Positions 14,784-26,753 of a stretch of DNA of 64,000 bases are shown here, piece after piece (the stretch's first letter is position 1; every line of letters begins with the position of its first letter). The notes under the pieces are model-generated. The model had not been told where the DNA came from. It ran no database searches and worked only from the letters and a program-made list of their open reading frames with translations. Origin of the DNA: Parasitella parasitica NRRL 2501 (lineage: Eukaryota > Fungi > Mucoromycota); NCBI GenBank assembly GCA_025201805.1, contig MU619397.1, positions 236 to 64,235 of the forward strand, written 5' to 3'. The position numbers and the translations under genes are program-made.

Positions 14784-15414
14784 ATTGTCTGCAGTGAATT
14801 AAAACTATCTGTTGATGAACAAGATCTGTGTATATCGTGCTCAACGTCATATTCTTTAGGAACAGAACCGTTCGTGACAAAATAATATGAAAAGCCTCAA
14901 GGCACAGAAATAGAGGCTGTGAGATGACGAGACAAACGGGAGGCAAGTTGTGTAATTTTGCCAGTTGGTGGCCAATACGCCATAAATAGGAGTGCGAGTT
15001 TTCCCATTCATTTGTTTAGTAGGATCAGTAAACTTTTACACCCAAAGCAATCAAAAAGAGCCCACGAGTGGCAGCAAAGATGAGACAAATGAGGATAGAC
15101 CCAACCACATACGGTACACCTCTTCAACAGTCCAAATCAGCAGCTCTTGGTAAAATACCGAGGCTTTCTTCTTTGCTGGTTCTCTCATGTTTTATGTTTG
15201 ATTTTTATCCATAGAACCGGCACTTCTTTCCTGGAAGAATGATTTTTTTTGGAGGAGTAGTTTAGCTAGAAGGCTTTATTATCGTACAATGTCAAGAGGT
15301 TAGGAAAAAAAAAAAAGAGAAATACAGGCATAAAAATGTGGTATATGTAGAGAGGACGATTACGTAAACTTTCGAAATTAGTATGTGTAAATTTGCAAGA
15401 ACTTGTTGGTGCGA

Positions 15415-18400
15415 TTAATCTGTACCCAAGAGCTTGACGACTGTATCATTGACATCCCAACCCAACTTATCAAGCAAGGTGAACGCGTCATTCAAGGTAC
15501 ATCTTTCGTAATCAGCAACGTATCTTGCCTTTTTGTCCCTCACAAATCGATCTAAATGGTCTCGCCATTCTTCATCCACCTTTATCATCAATTGGTCTCG
15601 CTTCTTTGGATCTGTAATCTTGGTTTGGAAACTGAATCCAGCAGCAATAGGGCGATGGTCAGAGCAGCGAGCTTCATAGCGACGATAATAAAGATTCTGA
15701 ATACGGTTTCCTTTAAAGAGTACACGATCACACCATGCTGGTACGCGTTTCTTTTCTGATCGGTCATAAAAGTCAGTTCCTGGATCATATTTGTATGTCG
15801 GATCAAAGTGAATAGGGGCTTCTTCGAATGTCAATAGTTTGAATAACGGATTATTAATTTTCTGGCGTAATAGCTGGTCTTGTTGCTGCAATTTATCCCA
15901 AGACCCAAGCTTATCAGAGCTTGTCAGGGCTTTAAGAACATCGTTGCGGTTCATTTTGATACGATAATTAAGGTCGCCGCTCAGGAAGCAAAATTCATGA
16001 TCGAGTATCATGGAGCCATCGCCGCCATGGCTAAAGACGTCGGCATATTCATGACGGAGAAAACTAGCACTTTGCAGTATTCCCTCAGCATCAGCATTTC
16101 TTTGTTGAACATGAGATTGACCAGCAGCTAAATGACAATTGACAAAACACAGCGAAGAGTGGTCATACACAAATCGAATCGCAATACCACCTTTATTACC
16201 GTGAATGCTCTTGTTCATTACTTTGAGACCAGTCTTGACCGAGGTTGAGTCCACATCGAAAACACGATCAACATCAGTGGTGCGGACAAAAATACAGCTG
16301 AATAACCCTACTAATTGATCTGTTTTGATGACTGTATAGCTGTGCGGCCCGTAATTTTCCCCAATAATTTTAACCAAGTAATCATGCCACAGCTTGTATC
16401 TGTGTGTCAGTACATCCTCTGTTTCGTGAGGGTCTACCTTTTTCTTGAAAAATAGGGATCCTGAAACACAAAGCATCAGCTTGTTTTCTCTCTCTCTGTC
16501 TCTCGCTCTAAATTACCATATTACTTACGAGCAGTTTGTTTTTTTGATTCCAAATCTACAATCTCTTGAATACCAACGACAATGATATCGGGGTCTTCCA
16601 TAGTACCCAGCCATTCACGCACCGCTTTATCGTCCTCACCAAATATCTTTTCCGGCTTATTGGCATCAATATTCCACGAGCAAATCATGACACGAGCGTC
16701 ATCATAAGTACAGTATTCAGAGGCTCTCTTTTGTAAATGATCATCTAAGGCCATCAAGCTTGGGTTATGTATACAGCTCAATCACAATGCACGTCCTCAC
16801 TTACCCTTCCAATGCTCCGTCAATAAACCATCCCAAACACCCACAAACCCATTGGAATCGCTGCTGACAACCTGCAGACGCCCTCTATTTTCATCCAAGA
16901 GTAAGCTTGATTCATCCACCACCAAATGAGTTACAGCGCCCGTGTGCGCCTTCCATATCTTGAGCACCGCCCATTTTTCAGGCCTAGTATCGTAAACGTA
17001 AATCATGCCCGTGTTGTAACCCGCCCAAACATGATATTCGCCGACACTTGCCATTGTACAAATGCCGTACATGGATACTGTGATAACTTGCAATCGCTCC
17101 ACAGTACTGGCATCCCACATGCTGATTTTACCGTCATCATGAGAAGCAAATATGCGATAGGGATGATAGGGAATTGTGATTAGCTTGGTAATATTACCCA
17201 TATCATTTGGAATTCGGATAGGGGACTGTGATTTTGTATCGTTGGATCCAACCTGAGAGCCAGCGACTGGAATAGTGTGAGCTGATAAAGTCCTTCCCGA
17301 GGACATCCATAGTTTTGAACCATAAATTACAGCAGCCACTGCATGTGAAGTGACATGGTATCGTCGTGGCATCGCTGTGAGCAGAGGGTTTTGCTGACTA
17401 TAGTAGTCGGCTGAAACCACATCCCAAACGTTCAAAACGCCGCCATCATCAATAGACCAAATCTCAGAGTTCCCATAGCGTAACAGAAACAAAATCGGCG
17501 CCATGTGTACATCGTTACGCTTACCAAGAACCTTATGACCACCAGCCCTTACATCGACTACCGCCAACATGGTATCTTGCCTTGCAACCCATACATAACG
17601 GCCTTCATCCACAGGGACTCGACACGGCGCAACTACGATTGCCCGAAATCGGTCATTGTTTTCTCCTGCATTATTTTGAGTTGTATTGCTGTTGGTATCC
17701 ATGACGACGGTACTGATAACTGATCCAGTCTGTGCGTCCCACGTACGAAGCAATCCCGAACCAGTAAAGATAAGGCTTCTGCTTGCTGCAAGTGCATTCA
17801 ACGGTGCTTTATGGCCTGTTGAGAAGGGCTTTTCCAATATGATCAAAGGTGCGTTTCGAGTAGCTCTGGAGAAATCAGGATAGATGGAGCTAGTCATTAA
17901 CATTTCGCTTCGAGACATGGCCCGCTTGTTGACTGACACTGTATTGGCTCGCTTCAATCCATTGCGGTTCTCTTCATCGTCATGATCGCTAAACGAGGAG
18001 GGTGGGTCAGAGTAGGTTGAGCTAGGGGACATGCTCTTTAAATGGGGAGAATGTGATGCATTGGCAATTGTATGTGCTCTTGCTAGTGTTGATTGTGAAG
18101 GTCGAGGAGGGAGCTGAGGCATTAAAGGACTAGTTCCTCCTACTGGACGAGGTGGTAGTATGGGTGGCGATACGACAGGGCGGTCACTTGGTGGAGAAAC
18201 ATTCTGCACAGAACGGATGGGTATACTGACTACTGCTGGCGGCGCTGGTGGATGATGGACGATAGGAGCTGCCGTTGCTGGAGCTGCCGTTGTTGACGGA
18301 ATAGTTCCGCGAGCTGCACTGTGATACTTTTTGCTCGGAGGCGGAGGAGGGGGCGGCTTCTTGGTCAAAGATTTCGCAGGAGACACGACTGATGCTACGT

Positions 18401-19103
18401 CTCTGCCCTGATTCATCTCTGCAGCAGAAGGTAGCTCGTGGCTTCGAACACCTGGAGCTCCAATGAACGGCGGTTCTTCTAATTTTGTGTATTTCAGATG
18501 TGCTTTGTGAACTTGCTCGATCAAATTGTTGTCTCCTTCACCGCTGCTCGTCGAGTTTTCGTGGGGTGGCATGTCTATCTGATCCTCCATTTCAGCCTCT
18601 TCTATATCGCTGTCTACATCACTAAATTCATCATCTTGAATATCATGTGAAAATGGATCATTATCAAAACTAGATGCCGAATGAACTATAGGGGATTGAG
18701 ACTCTGCTAAAGCAATTGACGGTGGTGGTAGTGGGGGCGCCTTCTTGAGGATGGGTTTCGGTGCAGCAGTCAGCACTGGTGCGACTAGTGGTGATGCAGA
18801 AGGTGGAGGTGGAGGTGGAGAAGACGCTCTTGACGACGCATTCGAGAAATTTCCGGGTGTCACGTCAAGCTTTTGCTTTTCAAATTGTTGCGTTAATAGT
18901 GACACTTTCCTGGCAGCTTCCTCTGCGGCTTTCACTTGGTCATCTTCGGCATGCGCTTTATGCAATAAAGCTGCAGTCGGTTTAGGTGGAATTGGAGGCG
19001 TTGGTGATACAACTTGGGTAGGGATTTGTGGCTGTTCCTGCTTTACTTGTTGCGCCCACTTGCTTTTCAAAGCTTGAAAAGATTGCTGCTCGTCTTTGTC
19101 CAT
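15415..19103 (-). CDS. Inositol polyphosphate 5-phosphatase with Pro-rich N-terminus and WD40-like region
   Basis: SWNID, VGIQEIVDL, GNKGG, HLAAGQ, GDLNYRI, PTYKYDPG, PAWCDRVL, SDHRPI. Three exons, start MDKDEQ. Confidence 0.93.
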
Positions 19104-19490
19104 TGATGTTGTTGTTGTGTCTAAATCAGGAAAAAAAAAAAAAGAAAAAAAGAAAGCACAAAGTCTAAAGTGGTGTGGATAAAAAAAGTTCACACTAAAA
19201 TTAAGTCAAATGCAAAGTCTATGTCTATGTCATCTCTTTGTCAAAAAAGATGTTGTACAACTCTTCAGTGATAGGCCAAGAGCCTGCAACATTTGATTTT
19301 ACGTTTCGACGACAAACCAGTAGACAAGGATCTTTACAGCAGTGTGGTCTTTTTGGATGACACAACCGAGCAGCTGTCGCAAGGCTCGACATTTACGTGG
19401 AAAAACACAATGAGCACAACGCAGGTGTCCATTTAGGAAAAGGTTTCACAGCGACTGCCGGGTGTGATTGATACAACATATACAGTTATT

Positions 19491-21375
19491 TTATTCAAGC
19501 TTAATCTGATCCATAATGTCTTTTAAAACCAAGGGGTATTTTGTATGGCCATCAACATCCACTTTGATGTTTTCAATTCGCTTACCCAAGCCAGACACAG
19601 CCTCTAGTCCTGCCACATTGGTTGCTAATGAATGCAATCTGTACACAAATGCCAATACCCAGTCATTTGGCGTATAGCAGTTTACAAAGCGCCCTGACAC
19701 CACGTTAGCCGCGTTACGCCATTCCCAAGTCTCTTCAGTCGAAATGGGGGCTCCCATTAACACTACGTTATCAACAAGCCCGTGCTTTCCTCTTTCATTT
19801 AGTTCCTGTAAGCAATTCCAAACAACTAAGCAACCGCAGCTATATGCAACCTATAGAATGCTGGAACTTAGCATGTATAAAATGAGCCATTTCGTATGCA
19901 TTTACAAGATTACATGGTCTGTTTCCCTGCACCCTTTCTTCCAAGACATCAGCAAGCACTACAAGTACATTGAGTCATTTAGTTGTGTAGACCCTGCCCA
20001 CATGGCCTTTTGCAATCCATCTTACCGATGCCCGCTTTCCTTGACCGGTCTACTGCCATTTGCCAAGGGTTGTCAATAACATCAGCGATTTTTAGAATAG
20101 TCGCGGGTAGAGCAACAGCAGCTATATATTGTGTAAGCACATGATATAGTAATCGACCCAAAGCCCACTTACCAAAGAATGCATGGAGTACAGTTGCTTT
20201 GGCGACCTCCATTCCCGCATAATTGACAGCAGTGTCTTTCACAAACCTTCTAAATGCATAACCAAGCTGCAGCAGAGTCTCTGTTTCGTACTCTAAGCAA
20301 AATATGTCTGTATGATTTCGTTTACCCTCAAACGTACGCTCCCAAGGTGTCTACGTTTAACGTGTCAATGTTGTGTTGTGCCATACGCTTGTCACACTAA
20401 TCTTTATTTTACCCTTGCTTCTTCTTTTCCACCCAGCAGGAATCCAGACATGCAAATTGTGCAACGAAGAGCAGGAACAGGAGGCAAATCCGGGTCGTTC
20501 AGTATCTGCTTGAACTCAAATTCCTCAATGCCCTTCATGCGTTTGTGCATCTTCCACCCTGCCAAACCACCGCCTGTCAATCCAAACAAGCTTGTCACCA
20601 AAGCTACGCCTCCTGCTGTTGCAAAGAACGTCGCTCCCGTAACACCTACTAGCAACGGCGCTAATAACGGAGCCGCAAGTCCTCCTGTTAAAGCTATATG
20701 CAGAGTGGTTTAATGCTTGAGAGCGTTTCCACAAGCCATGAGCCTCTTACCAATAACTGCACCGCCACCAATGATACCAGCACCGGTGGCTATCCACCGA
20801 AATGCCTGCTTCTTTTTGTTTGCATCTTGTATGGCTTTTCGCGCCGATAAATCCATGTTTTGCTGCGTATTGGGACCTTGATTTTGCTGCTTATTTTCCT
20901 GCTGCTCCAGCATCCCATAATACATTTGCTGTGCTACACTTTTTTCGACAGATACTAAATCGCCCATGTGAAGATTCAATGCATGTTCCAGCTCCAACAG
21001 AAATCGCCTCGATCGAGCGTCGTAGAGCATAACATGCTTTGCTTTGCTCTTTTTGGCATCTTCCTTCATCGCATTAGGCGTAACATGCAGTGCCAAAGCT
21101 AGCAAATCCACCATAACTTTGATGCGAATGTCTCGTGTCTCACCACTCAGCAGCTCCACAGCTTGTTGGTATGTGATGTAGCGACGTTCAAGTTCCTGCT
21201 GAGTCACGTCAAGGTATTTGATTACATCGTCCCACCATTGACTCGACCAAGGCTCGCCTAACAAGGGTGCGACCTGCGTCAGCGATTGGGCTGCAACGCG
21301 AGCAACTGCAATTCGCTGGTCATGATTCCATTCGACGACTGACAGTTTGATGATTGATTCCTCTGCCATGTCCAT
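19491..21375 (-). CDS. TMCO4 / DUF726 alpha-beta hydrolase-like protein
   Basis: YDARSRRFL, ATGAGIIGGGAVI, LFGLTGGGLAG, IDNPWQMAVDRSRKAG, GNRP, VSGRFVNCY..DWVLAFVYR, GHTKY. Confidence 0.88.
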
Positions 21376-21730
21376 TTCAAAAGAAAGAAAGAGCAAGTTG
21401 TGTCTTTTGGCAGCAGATGGCTTTTTGAGATCCAGATGCTAATCGATCCAGTTCCGGGCGTAAAAGATATCAGTGACAATAATAGGTTTACAAGCTGAAA
21501 CCACTAAAACCACGCTATATGCGGTATATACTATAATCCAGGTGATAATGACAAATGACGATTCCCTGTCTATTCTCTTTTTTTTATAAATAATATATAT
21601 AAATTCCAACACAGAGGTTTTGTAGTAATATAGCCAGAGCACGGAGATGGATTGCACCCTACGAGTAAAAAAAAAAAAAAAAAAAAAAAATTTGTACACA
21701 CGTTATTGTAATTCTCTTCTTTCTGCAAAT

Positions 21731-23134
21731 ATGAATAAAATGACTGTATCAAACAACAACCATGGCCTCCAGCGCCAAGACCAGCTTCCATCTATAGCCA
21801 CAATCCGCCATAGCCATAACAGTGCAACCGACGGCAATGCGACAAAATCAAACCACCATCACCACAGCAGATTACTGTACTTTTTAACCGACCCTTCTTC
21901 TTCTTTCTCAAAGCTCAACTACACACAGTTCCAGCCTTCACAACCACAACTACAGCCCTCGTTACTGCCTATAGCCTCACCTACGTTTATACCTTTCCCC
22001 TCTTCCCCGAGCACAACACCCCGACTTTACAGTATACAAAATGACCCTATTGGCATACATAGGCCCTCCAAGCCAAATGCCATCCTGCCGATTTTACCAC
22101 CTCCACAGCCTACATCTCAACCAATTGCGGTTGCAGCTGTGGACGATTGCTGTAACGAATGCTGTCCTGTTATTGCAGCGGAGGCGAACGCAGGTGTAAA
22201 CGACTTGTCAGATCAAAACCTAACCTTACCATCAATCAAGAAACGTAAACGAGACGACGAGCAATCTAAAGATAATGCGGCAGTGGAGAAAGCAAAGGAG
22301 CGGCCGACACAATGTAGATGGTCCAGCTGCGCAGCTAGTTTTGACACAGTTGAAGATCTGACTCCACATTTATTCAACAGCCATCTAAATAAGCAGCCTT
22401 TAAGGGATTGTTATTGGGGATCCTGCGGGCAGCAATTCCTGGATGGGGACACTAGCATCTTGGACCATCTCAGCAGTCAACACCTACACAGTGCCTTGTT
22501 ATTGCATGCTTGTCGATGGGTCAATTGCCAAGAGCGATTCTCAGCATTTGACACACTCACTGTTCATCTGTCTCGGGTCCATGTAGGTTCTGGCAAAAGC
22601 GAGTACAAATGCCAGTGGACAGCTTGTGAGCGAAACGGCAAGGCTTTTACGCAAAGACAAAAGATAATGCGGCATATTCAAACGCACACAGGAGCTAAAC
22701 CATACCAATGCCATACTTGTAAGCGCAGATTTTCAGAGTCGAATATGGTGGTCCAGCACATGAGAATACACACAGGAGAGAGGCCTTTCAAATGCGATCA
22801 ATGCCCCAAGGAATTTTCGGTTTCCGCAGCCCTGACGATACATAAGAGGGTCCATACAGGCGAAAAGCCATTGGCGTGTAGATATACTGGCTGTTCAAAG
22901 AGGTTCTCAGAAAGCAGCAATTTAACCAAGCATGTAATGTACTTTAAACAGCAGTTGCAAATCATGTTTATTAATTTTTTTCTTGTTTTTTTTTGCGATG
23001 AATGATATATGTAGATGCGGGTTCATACAGGCGAAAGACCCTTCAAATGTACAGTGAAACCATGCGAAAAAGCTTTCTCAAGACCTGATCAAGTTACACG
23101 CCATTTGAAAACCCACGCTAAAGATGTCTGCTAA
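21731..23134 (+). CDS. Multi-C2H2 zinc-finger transcription factor, Zap1/ZafA-like
   Basis: Trp-containing CxWxxC fingers followed by [16 protein letters not shown] and TGEKP-linked fingers. Last exon after intron at about 22934-23014 ends KTHAKDVC*. Confidence 0.85.
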
Positions 23135-24059
23135 GAAGTAGCAGCAGCAGACGATGAACGGGCAATTAATTTGGATAGAATTAGATAGACAAACACTACC
23201 AGCACAAATACCCAACGTTTCCCTTGACTGACAGTGCGAGCAATAGGGTGCTTTTGCTGTGCATGGCCTGTCTGTTGCTGCTGCTGCTGCTGCTGCTGTG
23301 CCTGTAGGTTTTGCTGTTGAAAACGTTGCTCATGTGTATCATCGCTTTTACTCTGTGTTCGTTTTATTAAACCGCTGTTGGCTGCTGATTTAACTTGACT
23401 GCAATTGATTGTGCATAGCTCTGGAAAAACGTCTTTTTTTTTCATACAATGTGTTAGTTTCAGACTGATACATCCATATATTATACCTCGCAATACCTCT
23501 AAACTTTTGATTTTTGATATTCCACAAGTGAGATCTTGCGGCATGCATTTTCTTTTCATGGTCGCTCGTCTTTATACTGCCAGTAGTTGCTTCATCAGCG
23601 ACCATAAAACTCAACAAGCCGTTTAATATAGTAGAAATTGACCAACTTGGATTCCACGAACTAGGGTGAAAATCACTCATACTTAGACAGAGTCGAGTAT
23701 CTGGCTGGAATCGTCCTGAAGGTGTAGTCATACGAATAGCTGGTGGTTTGAAAGGATATTCAGCAGGAAACGTAATTCTGCCGTAGTATTCTCCTCCATC
23801 GTAAGGTGTTTCTGGTGGTCCTGTAATTACATAATGCCTATAGATGTCTGTTAATTTTCGAGCGTCTTGCAGAGACAATAGGTATTACCAGTCTAGAATA
23901 TTGCTCTCCAAAGGTTTGGCAGTAATGTAAGGAGGGGGACTAGTTGATATAATCAAGATTTGTCATGTAATGTTGGTTGATGGCAAAACCAAAAACTTAC
24001 TTTTTCTGTATAGCCATGTATTCTTTAGTTAAACGCTTGTAAGCACCCTTTGTAGCCAT
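23131..24059 (-). CDS. UBC6: ER ubiquitin-conjugating enzyme E2 (Ubc6/UBE2J2), tail-anchored
   Basis: [14 protein letters not shown]..|[17 protein letters not shown]|[40 protein letters not shown], poly-Q linker, C-terminal TM. Confidence 0.93.
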
Positions 24060-24225
24060 CTTGCAATTGCACTTTGTTAAGAAATATAGAATAAGAAGAA
24101 AGAAGAAGATGAAGAAGAAGAAAAAAAAAGGGAGACCCAACTTTTGTTGCTCAATCACGTGCAAAGCGATGGGTTCGGTTCAATTGGCCTGATTCCATTC
24201 GAAAGAAATAGTAGAGTGTTTATTA

Positions 24226-25281
24226 TTAACGTTTAACATTAGGGCAGCGTTTCTTTATCCAAGCAACGTAGTATTCAGCAACCTGCTGTCTTTGAGGCAT
24301 CGTCTCATTGTGCAATTCATGATACAATCCAGTCCAGTTCTTTAATTCTTTATCTTGACTACTGGTGATTTCGAAAGCACTCTTGCAGCCTTTGTATGAA
24401 TTGATCGGATCCGAATCAGCATGCGAATACAAAATGGGCGTGTTGACAGCTTTAGCTTTGGCCAAAAGATCAGTTCCAGCGTCAATGAAGCTTCGCAATG
24501 TAGCTAGTGTAGCAAAATCATGGACCAATGGGTCATCGAGGTACTTTTGCACTTCCTCTTTGTCATGAGACATACCAGCAGAATCCACGCCAGCTTGGAT
24601 AGTCATGCTAGGTACAATAGCAGCTAAAGCGCGGATTGTATAATACTTTACGGCAGGTATTTGCATTGACAATGTGACAAGCGGTGCAGATGCAATAGCG
24701 CCAGTCAACAAATCTACTCCCGTATAGATATCACCTCTAGCAAGGTAGTTGAGAATAAGACCGCCACCCTATTAACTGCGTCAAATGTTGCCTTTCATAC
24801 TTAAAAATTCACAATCAAATGTATTACCATGCTATGGCCCATCAGGAAGAGAGGGATGTCTTGGCGTTTATGCTTTAGCACAGCATTGTCAATGTCTTTT
24901 AGAGCCGTGTCGTAGCTATGCGTGCGCAGCGTCAGCATCTAATTTACAAGTGACAAATCTTTCTTTACCCCTGGTTGTTGCCAAACTGAGAGGTCTTTTT
25001 TCCTGTCTCTCCCCATCCACGTTGGTCGTAGCCATGACATTCAATGCCCTGAGTCGCAAAGAATGAAAATAGCCGGTCGTATCTGCCAATATGTTCTCCA
25101 AAGCCATGAATCATTCTAGGATGCAAGAGCGTGAGTTATGACGACGACAGCAAAGCATTAAACTTGTTTACACTAGATTAGCAATGGGAGCGGCGGTGGT
25201 CTTCCATGTCTTGGTATAGATTTCGTTTTTATCAGCGGTCTGGATCCACTCGTTTACAACTGTAACAACACCACCAGACAT
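24226..25281 (-). CDS. Monoglyceride lipase / lysophospholipase (Yju3/MGLL-like)
   Basis: IHGFGEHIGRY, YDQRGWG, GHSM|GG nucleophile elbow, DPLVH, HADSDPI, GLYHELHNE. Confidence 0.9.
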
Positions 25282-25674
25282 TTTCTTTCTTGTATAAAAA
25301 GGGCGGAAAAGAAAAAAGCAAACAGCATATGATCATACAAAGGTTTGGGTTACACCTTTTTTTTTTTTTTTATTAAACACCAACAAGTGACGACATTGAT
25401 GGGTTATGTACAAACTACACTGATACGACGAGGTATACCGTAGCATTTGACAACATGTAAAATCACTTGAATTGTCTTTTGCGTCTTCCGTGGTTGGCAG
25501 CTTGTGTGCTCAATTCAACCTTTTTGATCCTTGAATTGAGCATTTGGAGGCGGGGGTATGGTATGTTGTTACAATTTTGAATGGTGTCGGATGCTTCAAT
25601 AAAATGCCCTCCATTTTGATCCAACAAAATTAGGGCCATACTATGACAGTTGTCAGGAATATAAAAAACAAAGT

Positions 25675-25722
25675 TTGTATAAAGTATAAAGTATAAAGTA
25701 TATATATATATATATATATATA
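25675..25722. repeat. (GTATAAA)n plus (TA)n microsatellite
   Basis: Read directly. Confidence 0.8.
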
Positions 25723-26753
25723 ATCATGTCTGCTATACACTTCTTTCATGCTATTATGTGCTTCTTCGAACCAGTGACCATTCAAGATGTCAGCAACGAG
25801 TAAAGATTTATACCAGAATGCCATATTTACAAAAGTACCAAATGAAGGCCCAGACAAATAAGAGAGGTAAATGGATTTAGAAAGAAATGAAATGATGTCG
25901 AAAGTCAGTCGTTGGCATATAGTGTAATCAATAGTGCATTTTCATTCAACACTTTGCATGGGAAATGATGGGGTTGCTCAAGATTCAGCAATATGTAGTA
26001 ACCAAGACAACAATACTTTGACAACAGTTGAAATTTCAACATTTACTGGAGGACGTAGGACAAGGACCGAGTGCCTCCACTAGTTTGTCTGCAAGACATG
26101 ATATGAAATCATGTTTTAATAACAACATTGGGATATCATCAAAAGTCCAAAATTGAAAAAAAAGGTCAACAAGCATGATGGGCATTTTGGATGGATCAGT
26201 GCTTTTTTGTTTTTGTTTTGGTGAAAACCGGTAAATTTAGATGTGTTCCAAATACTACCTGACAAGTGACCAACTGATTGTTTTTCAAACATATATGAAT
26301 CATATACTACCTATCATACGAATATGAGAAAAGAGTAGAATTATTCATTCAAAATGAGTTTATTGACTACAATCTACGCTTGGAATAATGTTTGTAATAA
26401 AGATACAGTGCAAATAAGGACAGTTGATCTGTCAACGATACCTCGAGTCGATTTGTTTTGTTTGGTATGTGGTCAATTGTGGTCACTATTGGTACTTGAA
26501 GGCGTTGTGAAGATTTTCAAAAAGAAGTGATTATTCCCAATATTGATGTATATAGTGAATTCCTATTAGAAATGCGTGTATAGTAATATCAAACTTTTCT
26601 GTTTCCTCATCATCCGTCATGTTATCAAGGTAACACAACAACAAACCGAGGCCATGATCCCCTTTTTTATAAAAGCTACTCTTCTGTACATGTAAAAGAA
26701 CCTTTTTCTTTGTAGCTACTCCTTTTTTTTTATTTTTTGCATAAATACAACTC

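Noticed and set aside
25300-26750. Possible gene in the MGL-OSH3 divergent intergenic region
   Set aside because: No consistent spliced frame or family motif found.
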